Source: a bacterium | GTDB taxonomy: Bacteria; Zhuqueibacterota; Zhuqueibacteria; Residuimicrobiales; Krinioviventaceae | NCBI GenBank assembly: GCA_963674595.2 | Contig: CAXXFV010000015.1 | Span: 316,692-380,691, forward strand | Length of the DNA stretch: 64,000 nucleotides | Reading direction: 5' to 3' | Shown here: positions 38,048-47,866 of the stretch, in pieces | Numbering within the stretch: the first letter of the stretch is position 1 | Layout of the letters: each line of letters opens with the position of its first letter | Notes under the pieces: generated by a model | The model's database searches: none | What the model saw: the letters and a program-made list of their open reading frames with translations, nothing else | Told to the model about the DNA's origin: nothing | Program-made: the position numbers and the translations under genes

Positions 38048-38707
38048 CTATACAGCTATTCCCAACCGACCGAATCCGGATATGAGTGAATAAAACATCT
38101 TTGAAGGTTTCCCGTTCGTTACAACATCGTGGTGAAGGATCGCTTCTTTCAGGTCTTGCGGAGTTTTTCCCATAAATTCGAGGTAACAGCTTCCCACTTC
38201 AAAAGGCGTATGTGCATCACTTCCGGCTGTTATCGGTGTGTTAAGCCGCTGTGCCAGGTTGGCCGCCATTTCGTTATCCCTGTTATTATAGGACCGGCCA
38301 TTTAATATTTCGATGGCAATATCCGTCCAGTTTGTAATTTCCGCAAAGGCATTAAATTCAACACGGCGTTCTGAAAAGGGATGGGCGATGGATACCAGCC
38401 CGTCCTGCTCTTTTACCTGGCTGATGACGTCTTGCAGGTCGTGTCCCTTTATTTTATCTTTTAAAAATGTACAGACAACTTCACCCACCAGTTTATTATT
38501 ATCGTATATTTTGATTTCCTGTCCGAATACAATTTCTACAGGATATTTTTTTGATAATTCGTTAAAATCCTTCCAACCGGCTGTTGTATCGTGATCTGTT
38601 ATGGCTATAATGTTGATATTTCGATCTGCTGCTGCCGCGAGTATGGATTCCGGTTTGGCAATAGCATCGTATGAATAAAAAGAATGTATATGTAAATCAG
38701 CTTTCAC
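38048..38707 (-). CDS. PHP-domain metal-dependent phosphoesterase
   Basis: DLHIHS; AITDHD; AHPF; GSDAH. Confidence 0.88.
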   Translation of the reverse strand: MKADLHIHSFYSYDAIAKPESILAAAADRNINIIAITDHDTTAGWKDFNELSKKYPVEIVFGQEIKIYDNNKLVGEVVCTFLKDKIKGHDLQDVISQVKEQDGLVSIAHPFSERRVEFNAFAEITNWTDIAIEILNGRSYNNRDNEMAANLAQRLNTPITAGSDAHTPFEVGSCYLEFMGKTPQDLKEAILHHDVVTNGKPSKMFYSLISGFGRLGIAV

Positions 38708-38861
38708 TTGGTTCTCCTGTTATTATCGTTCTATACAAATTTAATCAAATTGTATGCCACAAGTCATTATGCTATAAATAACAGGGTGGTGTTTTATGTG
38801 TTTTGATTTTTATGAATTTAGGGGAAGTGTGTTGTGAGAGAGATTTTGGTGAAAAGGGAAA

Positions 38862-38905
38862 AGGTGCCATAAAACACTTGCGCCTGCAAGAATTTTATGG
38901 CACTT
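38862..38905 (-). terminator. Terminator after the GWxTD gene
   Basis: GTGCCATAAAA...TTTTATGGCAC. Confidence 0.6.
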
Positions 38906-38907
38906 GA

Positions 38908-40182
38908 TTATTCTTCGCGAACAAGCCTGTACTCGCCGGTACCGCGTCGGTCTGAAAAAATGTAACGCCGGTTGATATCCTGATAATACCAGATTTCGGC
39001 AGCCGGCATATTCATTTGTGTCGGTTGCCGGTCCAGTTGGTCGGGTGGACCGTTTTTAATATAAATTCTACCACGATCAGTCATCCAGCCTTCGCGACCG
39101 CTTGCAACTTCGGTAAAATTTTTATTTGCAAAATCAATTCTAAAGAAAAATTCCTGTTTCAGTTCGTTTGCTGTTGTCTCGGGTGTGGGGTCTCGTTCTT
39201 TCCAAAACTCGTCATACAGTTTTTGCTGCTCATTTTCAGGCGCTTCCTGAATCTGGTCGATTGTTTTTTTATGGGCAATCAATCGCAATTGTTCGATGGC
39301 AACCTGTAAATTTGCTTTTTTTACTCCAAGGTTTGCCCAATGAACATTAAAGTTTTTATCCAATTCAACATGCTGATTACCCTGTTGTGCTCTTATCGTT
39401 AAATTATATTCTCCGGGTTTTGAAAGATATTGTTTAAACGATAAAATTTGAGGCAAAACATTATGCCCGGCGCTTCGAACCGTATTTTCCTGATAGATCA
39501 AATCGTCATGAGCGTTTTTAATTTTATAAAACAGATGAATGCTGTCTGAAGGTGTGGGATTATAAATTTCAAAATAACAGGCAAATGCGGAATTTATTTT
39601 GTTAAAAGTATTCATCAGGTTGGGTTGATATGTAATGCTGTCATTTTGTTCGTTAAAGGCATCAATAAAAACCAGGTCGCTTAATTGTAAACGATCTTTT
39701 GCAAAGGACTTGATTTCCAATTCGTCTTCTCTCATTATATTATGTTTTGCATCAGCATCTATGAGCCGCAGAACATAACGATATTTTCCGGGTTTTAATA
39801 ATGTGCTCAACATATGCTTGTGCTGCATTGTACGGTCATTTGTTTTTATAAATGAACCAACAGAAACCTTGTTTTTAACGTGCTGTTCTGTCAGTGCTTC
39901 ATTTTTTTTATTATAAATGATAAAGTTGATTTCATATTCTGCGTTATAACTGTTCTCATCTGTTTTTATAAAAGTGAGAATATCATTTACTAAGGAGATG
40001 TGAATATCCACCCGGGTTTGCGATTCATCTGTTGTGTCTGCGAACTGATATATATTATACAAAAATAATTCAGATCCAAACATACCGGAATGAGGACCAC
40101 CTGGTCCCATTGGGCCCCTTCTTTGTGCAAAAGAAGTTGAATAAATTATAAGAAACAGTAATAAAAATCGTAGTAATTTCAT
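38908..40182 (-). CDS. GWxTD domain-containing protein
   Basis: FWKERDPTPET; GWMTDRGRIYIKNGPPD; EIWYY; signal peptide. Confidence 0.88.
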   Translation of the reverse strand: MKLLRFLLLFLIIYSTSFAQRRGPMGPGGPHSGMFGSELFLYNIYQFADTTDESQTRVDIHISLVNDILTFIKTDENSYNAEYEINFIIYNKKNEALTEQHVKNKVSVGSFIKTNDRTMQHKHMLSTLLKPGKYRYVLRLIDADAKHNIMREDELEIKSFAKDRLQLSDLVFIDAFNEQNDSITYQPNLMNTFNKINSAFACYFEIYNPTPSDSIHLFYKIKNAHDDLIYQENTVRSAGHNVLPQILSFKQYLSKPGEYNLTIRAQQGNQHVELDKNFNVHWANLGVKKANLQVAIEQLRLIAHKKTIDQIQEAPENEQQKLYDEFWKERDPTPETTANELKQEFFFRIDFANKNFTEVASGREGWMTDRGRIYIKNGPPDQLDRQPTQMNMPAAEIWYYQDINRRYIFSDRRGTGEYRLVREE

Positions 40183-40202
40183 TTTAGCCTCGTAACCACA
40201 AG

Positions 40203-42047
40203 TTATTTTAAAACCGATAATACCTGAACGGCAATATCATACTTGCCTTTTGTAAAAGGCGGCATCAGATAAACTCCCTTTACCTGTTGCAAGTTTTTAA
40301 CATCGAGAATTGCCTGTTGAGCAATTTTAACGCCGAGGTCCCTGGCTTTGTGAATGTCGGCGGCGTTTTTCATATCGTTTGAAATGGCATCCGGCACATA
40401 AACACCGGGTACTTCGTTGTTTAAAAATTCAATGGTGCGGTAACTGATCAGCGGCATAATTCCTGCGATAAAAGGAACATTAACATTTTTCAGTTTATCA
40501 AAAAATTTCAATAACTGTTCAACGTCGAACAATGGTTGGGTTAAAATATATTCGGCACCGGCTTCAATTTTTTGTAAAAGCCGGTCTATTTCACGCTCCA
40601 AATCTTCAGCCCCCGGATTTGCACCAACACCAACGTGCCAGCCGGTTGGTTCTCCAATGGATTTCCCGGCAATGTCAATACCGTGGTTGAGATTTTGAAT
40701 AAAACGTGTCAATCCGATGGAATCAATGTCGAATACTGCTGTGGCATCCGGATAGTCGCCCAATTTTGGCGGATCACCTGTTAATGCCAGAATATTTTTC
40801 AGTCCTAATGCGTATGCTCCCAATAAATCGGATTGCATTCCCAGCAGATTACGGTCCCGGCAGCAATAATGCAGGATTGTTTCAACCGGAAGCGAACGTT
40901 CGATAAGTTGTGCCAAAGCAAGCGGCGACATTCTTGCCGAGGCTCGCGGTCCGTCCGGAATGTTTATGGCATCTACACCGAACCCGACCAGCTTTTTAAT
41001 TCCAGCCAAAACCTGTGAAGAATCTGTTCCTCTGGGTGACAAAACTTCAACAGATACGACAAACTTGTTGTTCATTCGGGCTGCCAAAGCGGATTTTTCT
41101 TCCCTGGGAACAGGTTGGACAGTAATTTCATTTTGCGGTGAATGAACGAGTTTAATGACTTTTTTTTGCGGCTGCAATGCTCTGACAGAGTTAACAATGG
41201 CTTTGATATGCTCCGGAGTTGTACCGCAACAACCGCCGATAATACGTGCGCCTGCCTGAATAAGGCGTTTGGCGTATTCCGCATGATATTCCGGTGTAGA
41301 CATGTAAAGATAACGTCCGTCAACAATTCGGGGGTTTCCTGCATTAGGCTGGGCCGAAATATATTTGGCACCTGCCTGCGCCATTTTTTCAATAACTTTA
41401 AGCATAAAGTGAGGCCCAACAGAACAGTTTGCACCGACTATATCTGCACCTGTTTCTAATAATGTCGTCACAACATCTCTGGGTTCAGCGCCAGGTAATG
41501 TTTTTCCGCCCTGATCAAAGGTCATTTGAGCAATAACAGGTTTATCCGAGATTTTTCGGATCGCCTGAATGGCCAGCACTAATTCATGAAGGTCCGAAAA
41601 AGTTTCCAATATAAACAGATCTATGTTTCCGGCTAAAAGTCCTTCGATCTGTTGTGTGAAAATATCGATGACCTGGTCATTTGCCAGTTTTCCCAAAGGT
41701 TGTACCGGCACACCCAACGGTCCGATTGCACCGGCAACATATAGCTGATCGCCGGCTGCTTGTTTTGCCAGTTCAGCACCGCGTTTGTTTATTTCAAATA
41801 CCTTGTCTTCAAGTCCGTGTGGTTTCAGCTTTATACTGGTGGCACCGAATGTATTTGTTTCCAGAATATCTGCCCGGGCATTAACATAAGCTTTGTGAAT
41901 GGTTGATACGATATCCGGGTTTGTTAAATTTAATTCATCAAAACATTTATTAATAAATATTCCATGATTGTAAAGCATTGTGCCCATCGCGCCGTCACAG
42001 ACGAGTATCGAATCATTCAGGGCTTGTAAAAACTCTTTTTTGTTCAA
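40203..42047 (-). CDS. yitJ: Bifunctional homocysteine S-methyltransferase / methylenetetrahydrofolate reductase
   Basis: DGAMGT; GANCSVGP; IGGCCGTTPEHI; CRDRNLLGMQSDLLG; TGDPPKLGDYP. Confidence 0.9.
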   Translation of the reverse strand: MNKKEFLQALNDSILVCDGAMGTMLYNHGIFINKCFDELNLTNPDIVSTIHKAYVNARADILETNTFGATSIKLKPHGLEDKVFEINKRGAELAKQAAGDQLYVAGAIGPLGVPVQPLGKLANDQVIDIFTQQIEGLLAGNIDLFILETFSDLHELVLAIQAIRKISDKPVIAQMTFDQGGKTLPGAEPRDVVTTLLETGADIVGANCSVGPHFMLKVIEKMAQAGAKYISAQPNAGNPRIVDGRYLYMSTPEYHAEYAKRLIQAGARIIGGCCGTTPEHIKAIVNSVRALQPQKKVIKLVHSPQNEITVQPVPREEKSALAARMNNKFVVSVEVLSPRGTDSSQVLAGIKKLVGFGVDAINIPDGPRASARMSPLALAQLIERSLPVETILHYCCRDRNLLGMQSDLLGAYALGLKNILALTGDPPKLGDYPDATAVFDIDSIGLTRFIQNLNHGIDIAGKSIGEPTGWHVGVGANPGAEDLEREIDRLLQKIEAGAEYILTQPLFDVEQLLKFFDKLKNVNVPFIAGIMPLISYRTIEFLNNEVPGVYVPDAISNDMKNAADIHKARDLGVKIAQQAILDVKNLQQVKGVYLMPPFTKGKYDIAVQVLSVLK

Positions 42048-42076
42048 AATACCTCAATCTAATAATTCGTTATGTT

Positions 42077-45000
42077 TTAAAAATCAGCTCCAAGAGACCA
42101 GAGAACAATTGGTGATTTTTCTGTATGATAAAAATCCGTCGGCCACGCTAAATCGAGTCGAAGCAGGAAAATTCCAAGGTTCACTCGCGGACCAAATCCA
42201 ATACTTGCATAGGCATCAAATCCGTCAATTCCGTTATCAACATTTAATTGAGGTATGTTATTGGGACTTTTTACAAAGGGTTTAAAAACAGCGTCCCGTT
42301 CCCAGGCAACGCCTACATCAACAAATAAGGCACCGCCGATTTCATAAAATTCAAGCGGCAAGGGGAATCCCATTTTTAAATGATGAACAAGCGGAAAACG
42401 GAATTCAATGTTTGATAATAAATAACGGGTCCCTTCAAGACCATAATAATAAGCGCCACGCAAGGGCATTTCAAATGATGCAAAATAAATTTCTTCAATG
42501 TTATTAACGCGGATACCGCCGTCGTATTTATAATTGATCCAGTTTGACAAACCGCCGACAAAAAACTTTTGCGGATTTCTACCTAAACTGATACCGCCCG
42601 CACCGCGCAGAGCAATAATATAGTTTCTTGTAAGGCGGTGATAGGAACGCCAGTCAGCCCGAATCGTTGTAAACTGTATGCCCTTGTCACCTAATTTTGG
42701 GCTTGAAGTTATGCCTATGGCATATCGTTTACCGTTTGTCGGACCCGTATATCCCCAGATAGTTGTGTCCTTTGTATAGGTTAAATTGTTCAGAACAAAG
42801 AACCTGTTTCTCGGGGAAATCCAGCCATTGTCAATATAATAATCTATTTCATCATCGGGCCGGTCCATATAGGTGCGGCTGATACCCATCAATGCAAGAC
42901 CATAACTGAGGCGTGTATATCTGTTAAACGGATTACTCATGTGAAAACTAATACCGTAATTACGATCTCTTACCCATCCTAAAGAATTGGAGTAAAAGAA
43001 ATAGGCATTATGATAGACACCGACACCATAGTCGATTTTTTTAGGTAAATACAAATAGGTTGCCGCATAGTCAGCATTTCGGAAATCGCCGAACAGATTA
43101 AGGGCAAGGTTGATACGATGGTCGCCCATAACGTCGGATAAAAGTATGTTGGTATATCCCTGTGTTCCAAAAAATTGGTTATAGCCGACCGATCCATAGA
43201 CAAGATCGGGAGAAAATTTTACTTGATACTCATGTACTTTAAATTCACCTGTCGGCAGTGCATAATCGGCTGAATCGAGAAAAACCTGTTTGTGTTTCTG
43301 TGCCAATTCGGCATTTTTAAAATCTTCATCAAAAATAAAATTACGATACTTTTTCTTGTTTTTATCAAAGGCTAATTGGCCCTCTGAGGGTAAAACAGAT
43401 TCGTCAGCAACCTGTGTTTCGGCTTCTTTTTGCTCCCTTAAACTTTTGATATAGTGTGTTTCCTCAACTTCCACGGAACCGGGTTCTATTTCCAGAGGAT
43501 TTTTTAACAAATAGACATCATAACCGGCATAGTAAAATGAAGAAAAAGCCAGACGGTTTGCTTTACCGCCCCATGTGGGTAAAAAGGCACCTGTTAAAAC
43601 ATTGGTTATGGGCCATTCCTCGCTTGTTTCCATGTTTTTTATATAGATATTGCTGACACCGGAACGGTCACTTGAAAAGGTAATATATTTGCCGTCCGGT
43701 GAATAGACCGGTGAACGTTCCAGGAATTCTGTTCCTGTTATTTTTTTCAAACCTGTTCCATCTGTATTGATTTCATAGATATCATAGTTTTTCATATTAA
43801 TATCGGTTGGTTTGAAATTTTCGGGAATTGTGTCAATATAATCACCGCGATCACTGGAAAAGATGAGTTTTTTACCATCCGGAGACCAGGCCGGTTCTGT
43901 ATCGCTAAACATATCACTGGTAACTTTGAAAAGTTTGTCCTTATCTATGTTATAGATATAAATATCACTAAGGCCTTTTTTAATACCCATAAAAGCTATT
44001 TTATTTTCAACAGGGCTCCAGGTAGGATTGTAAATACCATCAAAGCCGAGATCATAACTTTGAATAATTTTTTCTTTTTTTATGTCTACAATATGGAGTT
44101 GGTCTTCGGCACCGGCTTTTGCTGAAAAGACCAGTTTTTTATCATCCGGGCTCCAACTTATGCCGCGTCCGCGAAGCCAATGCAGCTCTTCGAGATTTCC
44201 GGCCCTTTGCCCTCTGACAACTTTTTTTAAAATTTTTCTGTCAATAGAACTGGCGATATATATATCAAAATAATCTTCCTTGTCCGATAAAAATGCTATT
44301 TTATCACCTTTATTGCTCATCGAGGGACTGGTATTTACAAAGCTGTGTTCTTTTAAATGTTCTGTAATTCGTTCGGCAATTTCTTCCGGTTGTTTTCGGT
44401 CAGCAATATCGGGCCAGTATTTTCTTTTTAAATATAAATGCCATCTTTTTGTCAGTTCTTTTGTGTCTATTCCTATTGATTTGTCTAATCCTCTTTCAAC
44501 ACTTTTGTTGAGTTTAACTTTACCTAATAATTCGCCGACTTTTTCATCACCATATCGTTCGGCAATATAATTCCAAACAGACTGACCTCCTTTATAGGCC
44601 ATAAAACCATATAAATAATCAACGGGTGGCAGGTAATCATTTAGTGTCGCGTCTCGCATAAACATGTCACTTTCAATGTCCCAGCCTCGGCTTTCATATT
44701 CTGCCAATCCTTCAACAAACCATAAAGGTAACTGAAGTTGAGTGAGACCTGTTATAATAGACTGGGCGCCGGCACCATATATCATTTGCAGCATTACGGC
44801 GTGGGTCAGTTCGTGATGAATTACATGACGAAATTTTTCCCATTCACCTTCATAGGGAATGACAACACGGTTTTTGAAAAATTCGGTAAAACCACCGACA
44901 GACTCTTCCGGCGGACTCAGGTCGACATTTGTCTGACCAAAATCATTGTGACTGTTGTATACAATCAATTTAATACGGTCTACAAGGTCGTAACGAAAAT

Positions 45001-45223
45001 CCTTTCTTAATTGTTGATAGCTTTCCTCGGCAACTTGAGCTACAAATGTGGCAACACCTTTACCGCCATCTGTAAAATATATATCAAAATGCTCAGATTG
45101 GATATACTGCCAATTAAATTCCGAATATTGGAGCTTGTTTTTTCCAAAAAACTGAGCATTCAGAGTATTGCTAAACGCACATAATAAAAAAGTTATGAAT
45201 GCCATATATTTTAAAAATTTCAT
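42077..45223 (-). CDS. Omp85/BamA-family barrel fused to an N-terminal peptidase-MA-like domain and TolB-like PD40 propeller
   Basis: FGKNKLQY; HELTH...WFVEGLAEY; PAWSPDGKKLIFSSDR repeats; PLRG; C-terminal LGADF. Confidence 0.85.
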   Translation of the reverse strand: MKFLKYMAFITFLLCAFSNTLNAQFFGKNKLQYSEFNWQYIQSEHFDIYFTDGGKGVATFVAQVAEESYQQLRKDFRYDLVDRIKLIVYNSHNDFGQTNVDLSPPEESVGGFTEFFKNRVVIPYEGEWEKFRHVIHHELTHAVMLQMIYGAGAQSIITGLTQLQLPLWFVEGLAEYESRGWDIESDMFMRDATLNDYLPPVDYLYGFMAYKGGQSVWNYIAERYGDEKVGELLGKVKLNKSVERGLDKSIGIDTKELTKRWHLYLKRKYWPDIADRKQPEEIAERITEHLKEHSFVNTSPSMSNKGDKIAFLSDKEDYFDIYIASSIDRKILKKVVRGQRAGNLEELHWLRGRGISWSPDDKKLVFSAKAGAEDQLHIVDIKKEKIIQSYDLGFDGIYNPTWSPVENKIAFMGIKKGLSDIYIYNIDKDKLFKVTSDMFSDTEPAWSPDGKKLIFSSDRGDYIDTIPENFKPTDINMKNYDIYEINTDGTGLKKITGTEFLERSPVYSPDGKYITFSSDRSGVSNIYIKNMETSEEWPITNVLTGAFLPTWGGKANRLAFSSFYYAGYDVYLLKNPLEIEPGSVEVEETHYIKSLREQKEAETQVADESVLPSEGQLAFDKNKKKYRNFIFDEDFKNAELAQKHKQVFLDSADYALPTGEFKVHEYQVKFSPDLVYGSVGYNQFFGTQGYTNILLSDVMGDHRINLALNLFGDFRNADYAATYLYLPKKIDYGVGVYHNAYFFYSNSLGWVRDRNYGISFHMSNPFNRYTRLSYGLALMGISRTYMDRPDDEIDYYIDNGWISPRNRFFVLNNLTYTKDTTIWGYTGPTNGKRYAIGITSSPKLGDKGIQFTTIRADWRSYHRLTRNYIIALRGAGGISLGRNPQKFFVGGLSNWINYKYDGGIRVNNIEEIYFASFEMPLRGAYYYGLEGTRYLLSNIEFRFPLVHHLKMGFPLPLEFYEIGGALFVDVGVAWERDAVFKPFVKSPNNIPQLNVDNGIDGFDAYASIGFGPRVNLGIFLLRLDLAWPTDFYHTEKSPIVLWSLGADF

Positions 45224-45510
45224 GTAAAAGCTCCTTTGCTTAATGTTTTAGCAAATGTCCCAATTGTTTTAACACTTGAATAACCCAAAAATTGCTTGAA
45301 TTATTCACAATAATAATACTTGAAATTAAAATCAAGTACTAAAAATTAATCGTATAATCCGTTATAATAAACGTAAATAATGTAACGATTTTTTGTTTAA
45401 TCTTGTTCCTAAAATTAAAATAATAGAAATATTTCCTTGGAATATCTGTGTTGAGTTTTTATTATATACACAAAATAACATCGGTTTATTATATAATTAC
45501 GGAGCAAAAT

Positions 45511-46371
45511 GTGATAAAAAAAGTGTTTATACAAATTGGATTCTGGGTACTGGCATTTATAATCACTGTTGCCTCGGCTGTTTATCAGAGAAAAACAGGA
45601 CCGACCTACCCGATAACGGATACCCAAAAATGGGGTGATTTGCATGTCAGCTATGAGCTGTTACGAAGTCATGGCGGTACAGGAGATCAACCGGTAAAAA
45701 TATCTGTTTCAGATTCTGCTGTTCAGGGAGATTTGGTCTATCGTCGTTATAACACGAATGACAATTGGACGCGGGTAAAAATGGATAGAACGGCGGATAC
45801 ATTGTCGGCTGCCTTACCGCATCAACCCCCGGCCGGTAAACTCGAATATCATATTGAATTGTTCAATCAAAATGAAACATGTATGATACCTGATAAAGAA
45901 AATGTTGTGACACGTTTTAAAGGACAAGTGCCCGGGCGTGTTCTCTTGCCGCATATCCTTTTTATTTTTCTTGGAATGCTGTTTTCGACGCGCACCGCAA
46001 TTGAAGCTTTTAGAAAAGATGGTAAAACAAAATGGCTTTCCATTTTTACACTTTTATTATTACTTCTTGGCGGTATGATATTCGGGCCGATTGTACAAAA
46101 ATACGCATTCGGCGCTTATTGGACAGGCTTTCCCTATGGTACGGATTTAACGGACAATAAAACGTTGATTGCTTTTATCGCCTGGATTATAGCTGTTGGC
46201 TTGATTTTGGGAAAGAAAAAATCACGAATTGCAGTTATCGGGGCGGCCATCGTCACCTTTGTTGTGTTTTTAATTCCCCACAGCATGCACGGTTCGGAAC
46301 TGGATTATTCCAAAATAGATGCGAAAGCTGTTCAATCTGATTCATTGGTGAACAGGAACCCGGATATGTAA
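45511..46371 (+). CDS. Conserved hypothetical membrane protein
   Basis: GGAG then GTG at 45511; YQRKTGPTYP; LPHQPPAGKLEY; four C-terminal TM segments. Confidence 0.7.
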   Translation: MIKKVFIQIGFWVLAFIITVASAVYQRKTGPTYPITDTQKWGDLHVSYELLRSHGGTGDQPVKISVSDSAVQGDLVYRRYNTNDNWTRVKMDRTADTLSAALPHQPPAGKLEYHIELFNQNETCMIPDKENVVTRFKGQVPGRVLLPHILFIFLGMLFSTRTAIEAFRKDGKTKWLSIFTLLLLLLGGMIFGPIVQKYAFGAYWTGFPYGTDLTDNKTLIAFIAWIIAVGLILGKKKSRIAVIGAAIVTFVVFLIPHSMHGSELDYSKIDAKAVQSDSLVNRNPDM

Positions 46372-46393
46372 TTTACCGGGTTCCCTTACAGTT

Positions 46394-47719
46394 CTATCTT
46401 AATGCTTTTAGAGATAAAAATTGTGAGCAAAGTTCAAGGTCTTTGGAAAAATCACCATAGGACATGATGAGGTGGGTCCCCATCAGGTTTTTTAAGATAT
46501 TTTGAACATTATTCAAGTTAACGCGAATTTGTGTATGGCAGGTTGGGGCTTTTGTAATACGGCTTGTTTTTCCGGTTTCTATCATCATTTCCGTTAAATT
46601 GTTACCGATTCGGGCAAGTGTGACCGTTTGTTCTTCGGGCAGACGAACTTCGGGGGAAACGCCTCTGCCGCTTTCATGGTGTCGTAACAATCTGTAGGAA
46701 AGCTCTGCACCACAGGCTTTACGCGGGGACGTGCAATGCACCATGTCGATATAATTTTCTTCGTAAATAATCGGATTAGCCATCCAGACAAAGTCGGCGC
46801 CAAGGGCTTTTAACAAATAAAGTGTAACAGCCGCTTCCAAATCTCCTTCACATGCTCCTACAGCATTCAGCGAATCGTTTAAATAACTGAGGGTCAAACA
46901 ACTGGTTGTATCAATATCCTGAATCATGGAAAAACAGGACATGGAAATACCGTCTGCCTGATGTTTTTCCAATAGTTTTTCAACACCGGCGATAACTTTG
47001 CTGGCGTCTTCGATGTCTTTATCTAAAAGTCCTTCAACAGAGGAGCTTTTTGACTTCCAGTCTTTGGCCTTTGATTGAAAACCCGCTTGCTGTAAATTTT
47101 GCATTTCCTGATAAACGGTATCACGGGTAACCGGAATTACCTCAACACCCAGTGCGCTTTTAAATATTTTGGGGTCCCGGCAACTGTTTATTACCCACGG
47201 TTCTGTTTCGCCTATTTTTAATAATTTTGCATGTTTTAATCGCTGGCTTGCCTGCCAGGCCCGCATGTGTTGACGCAGGCTTTTTTCCGATCCGATCCAG
47301 AAAACAGGTTTTTTGTTCATGCGTAATTTTGCATAAAAATCCGTACAGGATGGATGGGCATTGGCTTCAAGGAGTTCCTGACTTTTTTCAAATGGCAGGT
47401 GCATTTCCGGAAGGTAAGCATTTACAATACCTACAAAACTAAAATGTTCGGCCATGGCCAGCATAAGCGGTTGCACACCGCCGCTCATGGGTAAAAACAA
47501 AGCAAGTTCATTTTTTGTGGCTGCTTTAATTTTTTCTATATCATTTTCATTTGTTGCCAAATAAAAATTGAGAATTTTAGCGTCCTGTTCAGGTAAGGCC
47601 TGCCTGAGAGAAGAGCTTAATGACTGGAAAGAATCGTTAATCTTTTCAGGATTCGGCCAGTAGGAGGGAGACGCAAAGAAAATAACATGCGTCGGAAAAG
47701 AACGGGAAAGTGTATTCAT
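46394..47719 (-). CDS. L-fucose isomerase-like (FucI/AraA C-terminal superfamily) protein
   Basis: ACEGD; WMANP; HCT; CHTQ; GTHLIMSYGD. Confidence 0.75.
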   Translation of the reverse strand: MNTLSRSFPTHVIFFASPSYWPNPEKINDSFQSLSSSLRQALPEQDAKILNFYLATNENDIEKIKAATKNELALFLPMSGGVQPLMLAMAEHFSFVGIVNAYLPEMHLPFEKSQELLEANAHPSCTDFYAKLRMNKKPVFWIGSEKSLRQHMRAWQASQRLKHAKLLKIGETEPWVINSCRDPKIFKSALGVEVIPVTRDTVYQEMQNLQQAGFQSKAKDWKSKSSSVEGLLDKDIEDASKVIAGVEKLLEKHQADGISMSCFSMIQDIDTTSCLTLSYLNDSLNAVGACEGDLEAAVTLYLLKALGADFVWMANPIIYEENYIDMVHCTSPRKACGAELSYRLLRHHESGRGVSPEVRLPEEQTVTLARIGNNLTEMMIETGKTSRITKAPTCHTQIRVNLNNVQNILKNLMGTHLIMSYGDFSKDLELCSQFLSLKALR

Positions 47720-47866
47720 TTCAACCTTTCAAGTAAATTTTATTTGTATTGTTTATCAATATAAAAGGTAACAAAATTTACTGTTTATTACAAGATTTGG
47801 CTTTGCCGGTAAACGCCGTTTAAATGCAATCTGCTGAATGAATACACTGTTTTCGTATTTATGGTG

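Noticed and set aside
42048-42076. SAM riboswitch upstream of yitJ
   Set aside because: Only 29 bp separate it from the upstream gene, leaving no room for an S-box
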